The notes under the pieces are model-generated. The model saw nothing but the letters and a program-made list of their open reading frames with translations, was not told where the DNA came from and did not search any database. Below are positions 25,881 through 34,287 of a stretch of DNA of 64,000 nucleotides, piece by piece. Source of the stretch: a virus (Duplodnaviria > Caudoviricetes); the IMG/VR virus record IMGVR_UViG_3300025450_001231; one strand, written 5' to 3'. Numbering within the stretch: the stretch's first letter is position 1; every line of letters begins with the position of its first letter. Both the position numbers and the translations under genes were made by a program.

Positions 25881-26749
25881 AAGCACTTGTTGTTGGCTTA
25901 GGTATAGGACAGTTGTACAAAACTGTTTTAACCAATCTCGGTTATGAAGTAATAACTGTAGACTCCAATATTGCAAAAGGTGCAGACTTACCTACAGTAG
26001 ATTCTGCAGTAATAGCACACGCACCTTTTGATATTACATTTGTTTGCACACCAAATCATACACATTTTGAATTGGCCGCAAAGGTTGCACCCTACAGTAA
26101 AATTGTATTCATCGAAAAACCCGGAGTATCAAATAGTTTCAGTTGGACTAATTTGGTAACTGTGTTTAAGAAAACACGTTTTATGATGGTCAAGAACAAT
26201 ATGTGGCGCAGTAATATTGCCGAGTTACAATCGTTGGCCAGCCAATCTGATACAGTAAAGATACAATGGCTTAGGCATAATTGTATCCCTAATCCTGGCA
26301 GTTGGTTTACTACAAAACGATTAGCATTTGGTGGTGTTAGTCGAGACTTGATGCCACATTTGTTAAGCATATACATTGCTCTAAATCCCAATTGGCGTAA
26401 AGTGTCTGCAACCAACAGAAATGCAGTTACAAATTGGAAACTAGCAGATATCGAAAGTACAGAGTACGGCACAGTTAACTACAGTGGAACTTATGATGTA
26501 GACGACCGTTGTACTATTAACTTTGGCGATAAATGGGCTTTGGTTGCAGATTGGCGTACGCTCGAAGAGGACAACAGCTCAATCGATTTTATTGCTAATA
26601 CAAACACCAATGTGGAATTAGGTTGGTGTCCTGAAGATGCGTATACTGCAATGATTAAAGATGCAGTCGCTAATATTAATAATCATCAATTCTGGTTAGA
26701 TCAGTTTGAAATTGATACTTGGATTCACGAACAAATAGAAAATCTATGA
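25877..26749 (+). CDS. Gfo/Idh/MocA-family NAD(P) oxidoreductase
   Basis: LVVGLGIG Rossmann motif, VCTPNHTH, VFIEKP, GGVSRDLMPH. Confidence 0.85.
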   Translation: MKALVVGLGIGQLYKTVLTNLGYEVITVDSNIAKGADLPTVDSAVIAHAPFDITFVCTPNHTHFELAAKVAPYSKIVFIEKPGVSNSFSWTNLVTVFKKTRFMMVKNNMWRSNIAELQSLASQSDTVKIQWLRHNCIPNPGSWFTTKRLAFGGVSRDLMPHLLSIYIALNPNWRKVSATNRNAVTNWKLADIESTEYGTVNYSGTYDVDDRCTINFGDKWALVADWRTLEEDNSSIDFIANTNTNVELGWCPEDAYTAMIKDAVANINNHQFWLDQFEIDTWIHEQIENL

Positions 26750-27696
26750 CCAACAGAATTTTATATACCAACGGACAAGGTGAATTTGCAGAAACCGTAT
26801 ACGATAAACCTCCAGTGGGCGAATACGAAATCGAAGTTCGATCAGTGTTAACCGGGGTATGTCGCAGTGATGTGGATATGATGACGGGCAGTTTTGGTCC
26901 GCTACCTTTGAATATGAGTGGACACGAAGGCCTTGGTCAAGTCACTGCAGTGGGCAAAGGTATCTACGACATTAAAATTGGCGATTATGTTGCCACACGC
27001 GGTGAGCCGGCTTATGCTGATTCTTATAATGTTCGAATTAACGAATTTGTGCGTGTGCCATCAGCAGAACCTAAATACATATTAGAACCTGTGGCCTGTG
27101 GTATTAATATTATACAACAACCTATTAGGGAAATAGCAGAACGCAGTGGCCCGGGTAAACGATTGGTAATATTAGGTAGCGGATTCCTTGCGTGGGTTGC
27201 GTATAACACTATTAAATTATTGCATTTAGACTTTGATATAACTGTAGTCGGTCATAGCAATAAAGATCTTTGGGGTAGTGCACTCAAAGATGACGCCAAA
27301 GTTGGTCATAGCAATAAAGAGCAGTGGAGTAGTGTACTTAAAGATACTGCCGAAGGCACTTACGATGTGGTAATTGATCTAAGTGGTAATACCAATGTAT
27401 TCGAAAGTGATATGGTAAATGCCGAAGCATTGATTGTGTTTGGTGCACAAAAAATGCTTACAACTGATTTCTCCAATGTGTTGTGGAAAGCCTGTACTGT
27501 TATATTCCCAAGTCCAAGGACCAAAAGGTTTATTCAGTGTATGGAAGATGCAGCATATTGGATAGAAATGGGCGATTTAGTCGTTGACAGTTTCTGGACT
27601 AAAGGCTATAATAGAGACACTGAGTGGCAAAATGCATTCAGAGATTCATTAACCCGCCCTGAGAATTATTCAAGGGGCTACATTTATTGGAAGTAA
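26746..27696 (+). CDS. MDR (zinc alcohol/polyol dehydrogenase-like) oxidoreductase
   Basis: GVCRSD, GHEGLGQV, IKIGDYV, EPVAC, LVILGSGFL; start ATG 26746 (ATGA overlap). Confidence 0.8.
   Translation: MTNRILYTNGQGEFAETVYDKPPVGEYEIEVRSVLTGVCRSDVDMMTGSFGPLPLNMSGHEGLGQVTAVGKGIYDIKIGDYVATRGEPAYADSYNVRINEFVRVPSAEPKYILEPVACGINIIQQPIREIAERSGPGKRLVILGSGFLAWVAYNTIKLLHLDFDITVVGHSNKDLWGSALKDDAKVGHSNKEQWSSVLKDTAEGTYDVVIDLSGNTNVFESDMVNAEALIVFGAQKMLTTDFSNVLWKACTVIFPSPRTKRFIQCMEDAAYWIEMGDLVVDSFWTKGYNRDTEWQNAFRDSLTRPENYSRGYIYWK
27247..27354 (+). repeat. 54-bp in-frame tandem duplication within the MDR gene
   Basis: 27247-27300 vs 27301-27354, 43/54 identical (VGHSNKDLWGSALKDDAK / VGHSNKEQWSSVLKDTAE). Confidence 0.85.
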
Positions 27697-27697
27697 T

Positions 27698-28297
27698 ATG
27701 GCACTTGATACAGATAGCCGTAAGATGATTACCTACTTTGTAGGTACAGAAGTAGAAAACACCCCAATGAAGAATGAAACTACATTATTTGTAGTAGGCA
27801 TTCAACCAGTAGAAGACATCATTGCAATTGTCAATGAGTCATTAAAAGATCCTAATCCAAAAAATCATATCAAAAATATTTACTTTGGTACAAGCCAAAG
27901 TTTCCATCCCGAGAACGCATACGAATGGGCTGCGTGGGATGATATGATCAAACCTTTGTTGATCAAAGACTACTGGGTGACTTTAGACTTTGGTGTTGAA
28001 TATGCTCGAGAACTACACGAGAACGGTTGGTGCGAATACAACACATTCATCCCTATGATCAGTGTTAAGATTCCCTATATCAAGCTCTATAACTATAATG
28101 CTACACTAAAGATCGACGACAACACTTGGGGAGATACAAACCCCGGTGTTTGGTGCCATCCCTTAAACGAACTGCTAACCAGAAACGTCTACACAGACTG
28201 GCGTGAGTATGTTGGTGATACACCAGTGGGTGTGCCTGCCAAAGTTGAATTCGAAGATATTATACAACCACCTAAAATTAAGGCAAAAAAGAAATGA
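27698..28297 (+). CDS. Hypothetical protein within the deazaguanine cluster
   Basis: 199 aa, closely packed between the MDR gene and the QueD-like gene. Confidence 0.7.
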   Translation: MALDTDSRKMITYFVGTEVENTPMKNETTLFVVGIQPVEDIIAIVNESLKDPNPKNHIKNIYFGTSQSFHPENAYEWAAWDDMIKPLLIKDYWVTLDFGVEYARELHENGWCEYNTFIPMISVKIPYIKLYNYNATLKIDDNTWGDTNPGVWCHPLNELLTRNVYTDWREYVGDTPVGVPAKVEFEDIIQPPKIKAKKK

Positions 28298-28740
28298 TTA
28301 ATCAAGATCAACGTGCACAAATAGATAGAATTATGGCGGCTGCAGATCGTATGATCTCAGTTACATTCCAAAAGGAAGGCATTCACTGCTATCCAGCAGC
28401 TGCCACAGATCCAATGTTGGCTACAGGAGATATGTATGATGTTAGTTTTCTTGGCACTCCGCATCGTCACATTTTCCACTTCAGAGTCTATATTAGTGTT
28501 ACTCATAATGACCGCGATATTGAATTTATACAGTTCAAACGCTGGTTAGAACACTTATACTCTAATGGTACATTGGAATTAGATTATAAAAGTTGCGAAA
28601 TGATCAGTGATGATCTTTACTTACAGATCGCTGCTAAGTATCCTAACCGTACAGTTTGGATCGAAGTTAGCGAAGACGGCGAAAATGGTGCGGTAATCAA
28701 ATACAATACCACAAGACCCGATTTATCAGTTGTTATTTAA
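28294..28740 (+). CDS. Second T-fold QueD paralogue (DpdL-like)
   Basis: LGTPHRHIFHFRV (LxxxHRHxF in place of the QueD C..HGH motif), RDIEF, KSCEM. Confidence 0.6.
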   Translation: MINQDQRAQIDRIMAAADRMISVTFQKEGIHCYPAAATDPMLATGDMYDVSFLGTPHRHIFHFRVYISVTHNDRDIEFIQFKRWLEHLYSNGTLELDYKSCEMISDDLYLQIAAKYPNRTVWIEVSEDGENGAVIKYNTTRPDLSVVI

Positions 28741-28755
28741 TAATAAGGAAAACAA

Positions 28756-28965
28756 ATGTCACAACCAAAATGGCTTGAAAAATATCTAAGAATGAAACCC
28801 GAAGTCGATAGACTGTTTGATGACTTGGAAGGCTACAAAGATTTTTGTAGAATGAATATGTTGAAGTACGATGAGAAAGATTTATATCGCAGTGACCAAT
28901 ATCGCAAGTACGAGCGTTACAGGCACTATATGAATAAACAAGCAGAGTACAACAATCAGAGATAA
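28756..28965 (+). CDS. Hypothetical protein
   Basis: 69 aa, SD AAGGA. Confidence 0.6.
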   Translation: MSQPKWLEKYLRMKPEVDRLFDDLEGYKDFCRMNMLKYDEKDLYRSDQYRKYERYRHYMNKQAEYNNQR

Positions 28966-28966
28966 T

Positions 28967-30037
28967 ATGACCATCTTCTTAGTTGATTTAGAAGCGGTAG
29001 AAACAAGGTATACGGGTCAATGGAAGACTCATATACCTGATTTACTTACAAAGGCAGGACACAATGTCACGATTATATCGGGCCCTAGAGATATTCCTAG
29101 CGCCACTACTCCTGGTGCATTTCTCAATTTTGGGGGCACTAATATCTATAAGGCAAGCCAAGTTGAACAACTTGGAAGACTTTTTTGTACAGGAGCCGTC
29201 CAGGCTGGCGATCATTTTATCTTTACTGATGCCTGGCATCCTGGTATCATAAACCTAAAGTATATGAGTGAGTTGTTGGGAATCCCAGTAACTACACACG
29301 GACTTTGGCACGCTGGCAGTTATGATCCTCAAGACTTTTTAGGACGATTAGTCGGAGATAAACCTTGGGTTAGATTTGCTGAAAAAAGTTTCTTTGAAGC
29401 GTTTGATCACAACTACTTTGCCACAGACTTTCACATCGATATGTTTTGTAAAAATCTATTACATATCGTAATGCCGCAAACAATTGAAGGTTTCAAAGAG
29501 ATTGGAAAAATTGTTCGCACAGGTTGGCCGATGGAGTATATGGACGATACATTGTCTGCATATAAAAATATGACCAAGCGAGATCTTGTACTGTTTCCAC
29601 ATCGTATTGCTCCCGAGAAGCAAGTGGAAATTTTTAGAGATTTGGCCACTCACTTGCCACAATACGAGTTTGTGGTATGTCAGGATCAACAGTTAACCAA
29701 AGATCAATATCATCGATTATTGGGCGAATCCAAATTGGTTTTTAGTTGTAGTTTACAAGAAACACTGGGAATTGGTTGCTACGAAGGTTCGCTAGTAGAT
29801 GCTATCCCTATGGTTCCAGATAGACTTAGCTATAGTGAAATGTATTACGATACATTCAAATACCCAAGCGAATGGACAGAAAGTTTCGAAGCATACGAAG
29901 CGCATTGTCCAGAACTTTGTGAGAAGATTATCCAATATATGGATAACTATCCCCACTTTTTGCCCAAATTAAAACAACAAACTGTTGCGCTAATTGAAAA
30001 CTTTTTCAGTTGCAATAATTTTCTAAATAAGTTATAA
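28967..30037 (+). CDS. GT-B (group 1-like) glycosyltransferase
   Basis: FTDAWHPG, HAGSYDPQDF, FPHRIAPEKQ, LQETLGIGCYEG (Ex7E), PMVPDRLSY. Confidence 0.8.
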   Translation: MTIFLVDLEAVETRYTGQWKTHIPDLLTKAGHNVTIISGPRDIPSATTPGAFLNFGGTNIYKASQVEQLGRLFCTGAVQAGDHFIFTDAWHPGIINLKYMSELLGIPVTTHGLWHAGSYDPQDFLGRLVGDKPWVRFAEKSFFEAFDHNYFATDFHIDMFCKNLLHIVMPQTIEGFKEIGKIVRTGWPMEYMDDTLSAYKNMTKRDLVLFPHRIAPEKQVEIFRDLATHLPQYEFVVCQDQQLTKDQYHRLLGESKLVFSCSLQETLGIGCYEGSLVDAIPMVPDRLSYSEMYYDTFKYPSEWTESFEAYEAHCPELCEKIIQYMDNYPHFLPKLKQQTVALIENFFSCNNFLNKL

Positions 30038-30038
30038 T
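30010..30038 (+). promoter_or_regulatory. sigma70-type promoter with nested late motif upstream of folE
   Basis: TTGCAA-17 nt-TATAAT; TAAATA at 30024-30029. Confidence 0.6.
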
Positions 30039-30057
30039 AAACAAAGTTAGGAACTAT

Positions 30058-30798
30058 ATGAAATTAAAACCAGTATCATACGACAACATAGACGAAGGCG
30101 GCTATGAAGAATCTAGTTTAGCAGATGTTCTTCGTTTTAAGATGAAACGAGAAGGCAAACGCTTTTGGGCTAACGATAACATTAGTGAATATCTAAGCGA
30201 AGATGATAAAGAACGCCTAATAGAAGAAGCAACTGAAGCATTTGAGCAAGTACTGAAAACTTTACTGATCGACACAGATACCGATCCTAGTAGTAAAGGT
30301 ACTGCTCGACGACTGGCAAAAATGTACATTAATGAGGTGATGAGTGGAAGATATGATCCAGCCCCGGACGCAACAGCGTTCCCAAATGATTCGCAAGACC
30401 GTTACGAAGGTATGCTTGTTGTTCGCAGTGAACTGCGTAGTATGTGCAGTCATCATCACCAACCTGTGGCTGGTGTGGCTTATATTGGTATTATTGCTGC
30501 CAATAAACTTATTGGCTTATCTAAGTATTCCAGAATTGCACAGTGGTGTGCAAGACGAGGCACTCTCCAGGAGGAGCTTTGTAATGAAATTGCTAAAGAA
30601 ATAGGTCGAGCCACTGGTGCAAATGATATTGGTGTTTATGTTCAAATGACACACGGATGTTGCGAGAATCGAGGCATTATGGCACACAGTAGTTTAACAC
30701 AAACATCTGTGCTTAAAGGTGCATTCAAAGATGACTCTGGTACTAAGAAAGAGTTTTTTGATAATATTAAACTACAACAGGACTTTGCCCCAAGATGA
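30058..30798 (+). CDS. folE: GTP cyclohydrolase I
   Basis: TARRLAKMY, SMCSHHHQP, IGLSKYSRI, RRGTLQEEL, HGCCENRG. Confidence 0.93.
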   Translation: MKLKPVSYDNIDEGGYEESSLADVLRFKMKREGKRFWANDNISEYLSEDDKERLIEEATEAFEQVLKTLLIDTDTDPSSKGTARRLAKMYINEVMSGRYDPAPDATAFPNDSQDRYEGMLVVRSELRSMCSHHHQPVAGVAYIGIIAANKLIGLSKYSRIAQWCARRGTLQEELCNEIAKEIGRATGANDIGVYVQMTHGCCENRGIMAHSSLTQTSVLKGAFKDDSGTKKEFFDNIKLQQDFAPR

Positions 30799-31259
30799 GA
30801 CCATTAGCCCATTTAGGAGTCGGACCTAATTCCGAAGATTATAAATTATATTTGCTAGATCAACAATTATACGATGTGCTCACTGAGAGAGGAGAAAGTA
30901 TATTAGAAGATGCCATGAAAAAATTTATGGGCCACTATTATAACAATCCACCTTTACCAACGCTAATCGAATTAAACGAAAATTTTGATAAATGGTTGAA
31001 TAACAAACAGAATTTAGAAAAATTAAAAGCTCCAAAATCTTTAATAGATATAGCTGAAGAAAACATCACCGAGCTTTATCAAGACATTCAAAATAAAAAG
31101 TACGGATCAATGTCTGATTCTGTATATAAAAAATATCGAGAAGCTTATTTTGCAAAAGAAAACGAATGGCATAATTCAAAAGAAAAAGAAAAATTGTTGG
31201 ATGAAATCTATTCGTATAACGAAACTGAATATAATAAAATTAAAAACAAAATCAATTAA
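30795..31259 (+). CDS. Hypothetical AT-rich protein
   Basis: 154 aa, Lys/Asn/Glu-rich. Confidence 0.6.
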   Translation: MRPLAHLGVGPNSEDYKLYLLDQQLYDVLTERGESILEDAMKKFMGHYYNNPPLPTLIELNENFDKWLNNKQNLEKLKAPKSLIDIAEENITELYQDIQNKKYGSMSDSVYKKYREAYFAKENEWHNSKEKEKLLDEIYSYNETEYNKIKNKIN

Positions 31260-31454
31260 ATGATTAAAAAAGCATTTGCAAGAATAGTCAGCGAAGTGTT
31301 ATACTACTTAGGACACTGGATAAGTTTTCCAATGAGTCGTTTTGATTGGGATTGGTTATATCCTGTGTACAATCAATTGATGACGTGGAGTATCGATACA
31401 CAAGATTGGGCAGGAAATGATAAACCGTGGGAGAACGTAGATGAGCACAGCTAA
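31260..31454 (+). CDS. Hypothetical Trp-rich small protein
   Basis: 64 aa, closely packed. Confidence 0.55.
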   Translation: MIKKAFARIVSEVLYYLGHWISFPMSRFDWDWLYPVYNQLMTWSIDTQDWAGNDKPWENVDEHS

Positions 31455-31677
31455 AGCAATAAGCGATGATCTAATAAAAAAACTTAGAAATCCTAATGTA
31501 AAAATGTATACAGTCAAAAGACAGATGTCCAAAAAATGGTTACCAAAAGGTGTTGCACCTTTTGATATTCATATTAAAAATGGTACAGGAACTTTCGAAG
31601 TACTTGCAGAAAGTCAAGAATCTGCAGAGTCAATGGTTGATGAGTTTTTAAGCGGGCAAGAGAATCATAATGATTAA
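31441..31677 (+). CDS. Hypothetical protein
   Basis: 78 aa, overlaps its neighbours. Confidence 0.55.
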   Translation: MSTAKAISDDLIKKLRNPNVKMYTVKRQMSKKWLPKGVAPFDIHIKNGTGTFEVLAESQESAESMVDEFLSGQENHND

Positions 31678-32065
31678 AAGCCTTAGTAGCAGCGGCGATT
31701 GGTTGAATATAGCTGGCTCTGGCACCGGTGCCTCAATCTACATAGACAACTACAAGTTACAGCAAGGCCTAGCTGGGCAGGTTCGATATACTGGCGACCA
31801 TTTTGAAGTCAACGATGGCAACAGTTGGCGTCCTTTGTATGACAGTTATGCTACGATAGATGTTACTCATAAAGCTGATGCTGTGTTAAAATGGGCCTTC
31901 GAAAAAATGACCCAAGAACAAGAAGCAAAAGAATTGGCGACGAAACATCCAGCAGTTCAAGATGCTTTAGACTCTGTAAAAGATGCAGAAGACAAATTAA
32001 AAGTTATAATAGCATTGGTCAATGAAGAAGACCAAGGTATCGAAATATATCCACCAACAAGGTAA
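31670..32065 (+). CDS. Hypothetical protein
   Basis: 131 aa with a C-terminal coiled coil. Confidence 0.65.
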   Translation: MIKSLSSSGDWLNIAGSGTGASIYIDNYKLQQGLAGQVRYTGDHFEVNDGNSWRPLYDSYATIDVTHKADAVLKWAFEKMTQEQEAKELATKHPAVQDALDSVKDAEDKLKVIIALVNEEDQGIEIYPPTR

Positions 32066-32072
32066 AAATAAA

Positions 32073-32354
32073 ATGTTTGATAGTATTAAAAGAAAACTTG
32101 GCAATTGGTTACTTAGTAGCTCAAAAAATAGCATCGAACTAGAATCTTCAGCGAAATACTCAATTTCTCGTCATGATATTGACGGGCGTATTAGATTTGA
32201 ACTTACACCTGCTCGTGGAGGCACTATTGTTAGTATTAGAACTTACGATCATGCTAAAGATGAGCAACACGATGTTCTGCACGTTATCCATGAAAACGAT
32301 GATCTCAGTAAAGCGGTTGCAGATTTAGTTAGTTTAGAAATTTTAAGAATGTAA
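32073..32354 (+). CDS. Hypothetical protein
   Basis: Likely start ATG 32073 (MFDSIKRKLG). Confidence 0.6.
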   Translation: MFDSIKRKLGNWLLSSSKNSIELESSAKYSISRHDIDGRIRFELTPARGGTIVSIRTYDHAKDEQHDVLHVIHENDDLSKAVADLVSLEILRM

Positions 32355-32366
32355 AAGGAAATCATT

Positions 32367-32819
32367 ATGGTCTTGCTAAAGTTACTCGAAAGATTAGGAC
32401 GTAAAAGAATAATTATGGACCGAATTGACGATGAACCTTACTTAGAAAGATATTATGTATTCCTTAAAGAACGCACTTGGTTTCCCTTTAATGTATTTGT
32501 GCACAGGTTTCTTAAATCAGATCCTGATGATGTACACGATCATCCTTGGCCTTATGCTACCCTTATCCTTAAAGGCGGCTACTACGAATGGTTGCCACAG
32601 TTTAATAATCTTGGACAAAAAATAGGCGAAATAGCAGTATGGCGTGGTCCTGGTAGTTTTAGAATTTGTGGTGCCAAAAGCTATCATCGTATCGAAATTG
32701 ACGCCAATGTAGAAACTTGGACATTGTTTATGCCTGGCCCAAAACAACGCGAATGGGGATTCTTAACTCGCAAAGGGTGGATACAACACGAACAATATCT
32801 CTCAGCCAGAGCAAAATAA
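32367..32819 (+). CDS. Cupin-fold protein
   Basis: VHRFLKSDPDDVHDHPW...LKGGYYE...YHRIE...TWTLF metal-binding cupin pattern. Confidence 0.7.
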   Translation: MVLLKLLERLGRKRIIMDRIDDEPYLERYYVFLKERTWFPFNVFVHRFLKSDPDDVHDHPWPYATLILKGGYYEWLPQFNNLGQKIGEIAVWRGPGSFRICGAKSYHRIEIDANVETWTLFMPGPKQREWGFLTRKGWIQHEQYLSARAK

Positions 32820-32850
32820 TATAACCACTATAGCCTGCATAAAAACAAGA

Positions 32851-32930
32851 TAAATACACAAGCGGCCTTTGAGCATCATCCCGCTATACAAATTCTGCTG
32901 CCTATGCTACAATTAACATAGGAGAAAAGC
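32851..32930 (+). promoter_or_regulatory. Late promoter plus structured 5' leader of queD (preQ1-I-like pseudoknot and SD-sequestering stem)
   Basis: TAAATA 32851-32856; P1 AGCGG/CCGCT; A-rich tail; loop AGCA complementary to TGCT 32896-32899; CCTATG/CATAGG stem overlaps the SD. Confidence 0.55.
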
Positions 32931-33428
32931 ATGACACCCGTAACTTACAAATATACCTCAACAAAAGAATATGTGGACGCATTTCCTTGCGCTTACAGAC
33001 AATGGCGTGCAGACAGTCATTGCAATACTATTCACGGATACAGTTTTAGTATGAAATTTTATTTTGGTACTGACCAACTAGATGTTCGCAATTGGGTTGC
33101 CGATTACGGCGGCTTAAAAGAACTAAAGAAAATATTAGAGAGTCAATTTGATCATACGCTGCTAGTAGCAGAAGATGAACCAGAAATGGAAACATACAAG
33201 TTACTAGAATCAAAGGGGTTAGCAAAACTAACTATTTTACCAAAACTTGGTTGCGAGGGACTGGCTGATATGCTTTACAAGTATGTCAACAGTGTTTACA
33301 TTCCTGATATGTGGGGCCCAGGTGAAGCAGAAAGACTTTGGTGCTATAGAGTTGAAGTAAGAGAAACACAAGCTAATATGGCATTCAGAGAAGGTCATAG
33401 AGAATGGAATGAGGATTTATTTGTATGA
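32931..33428 (+). CDS. queD: 6-carboxy-5,6,7,8-tetrahydropterin synthase
   Basis: SHCNTIHGYS, DYGGLKELK, FDHTLL, VRET. Confidence 0.85.
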   Translation: MTPVTYKYTSTKEYVDAFPCAYRQWRADSHCNTIHGYSFSMKFYFGTDQLDVRNWVADYGGLKELKKILESQFDHTLLVAEDEPEMETYKLLESKGLAKLTILPKLGCEGLADMLYKYVNSVYIPDMWGPGEAERLWCYRVEVRETQANMAFREGHREWNEDLFV

Positions 33429-33766
33429 TCAAATACCATATTAATAACGTGGGCGGAGAAGTTATCAAAGATAACGAAACTTATACACTCAAAGATAATA
33501 AAACATTAAAAAACCTTGTGTTGAGCTCTACTAATTTACATAGAGGTATGAGTACACGTGGGCATCGTCACCCCGGGCAAGAAGAAATTTATATTTTTGT
33601 TTTGGGACACGGCCAAATGATTGTGGGAGATGAAACAGATGAGCCCTTTAGAGTCAGTGCAGGAGATATTGTACTAATCCCTGACGGGGCATTTCATCGT
33701 GTGATCAACGACGGCGACATCAATTTACTATTCAACTGTGTATTTGATGGTAAAAGAAATCATTAA
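33425..33766 (+). CDS. Cupin domain protein
   Basis: GHRHPGQEEIYIFVLGHG...AGDIVLIPDGAFHRV. Confidence 0.85.
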   Translation: MIKYHINNVGGEVIKDNETYTLKDNKTLKNLVLSSTNLHRGMSTRGHRHPGQEEIYIFVLGHGQMIVGDETDEPFRVSAGDIVLIPDGAFHRVINDGDINLLFNCVFDGKRNH

Positions 33767-33926
33767 ACAAGTTTGGCGCCTTTGGGCAAAATCGTTAGGT
33801 GAAAAAGCAGGTGATACGGACAAAGAAGCTGACCGTATTGCTTGCATTCGTACTGCAATTGTGTTATCATATATCATTACAAACTGCTTTATCGTAGCAG
33901 GTGTTATTCGACATTGGAATCAATAA
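33747..33926 (+). CDS. Small membrane protein
   Basis: C-terminal TM helix; likely start ATG 33747. Confidence 0.55.
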   Translation: MVKEIIKQVWRLWAKSLGEKAGDTDKEADRIACIRTAIVLSYIITNCFIVAGVIRHWNQ

Positions 33927-33927
33927 A

Positions 33928-34287
33928 ATGCTAACTTCAAAATTAAACAATCATATAGAAAAACGTGTTGTTCGAGAATTAGAAAAAAATTTACCAGTAG
34001 CAGTAAACTATTCTTCTACAGACAAAGTAGCCGAAGCATTAATTATACTAGCCGAAGAATGTGCAGAAGTTGTACAGGAAGTCTGCAAGATACAACGATT
34101 TGGTATTGAGTCAACTTCTCATCATACAGGGTTATCGCATAAAGCAACTTTAGCAAAAGAAGTAGCAGATGTATTGGCAATGGTTGATATCCTAGTAGAA
34201 CAAGGTGTAATTACATATAACGAATTAAATCTAGGTAAATTATCAAAAATCGAAAAATTAAAAAAATGGTCAAAGTTATATGAGTAA
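33928..34287 (+). CDS. MazG-like NTP pyrophosphohydrolase
   Basis: LAEECAEV...KEVADV (EExxE / ExxD metal motif). Confidence 0.75.
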   Translation: MLTSKLNNHIEKRVVRELEKNLPVAVNYSSTDKVAEALIILAEECAEVVQEVCKIQRFGIESTSHHTGLSHKATLAKEVADVLAMVDILVEQGVITYNELNLGKLSKIEKLKKWSKLYE

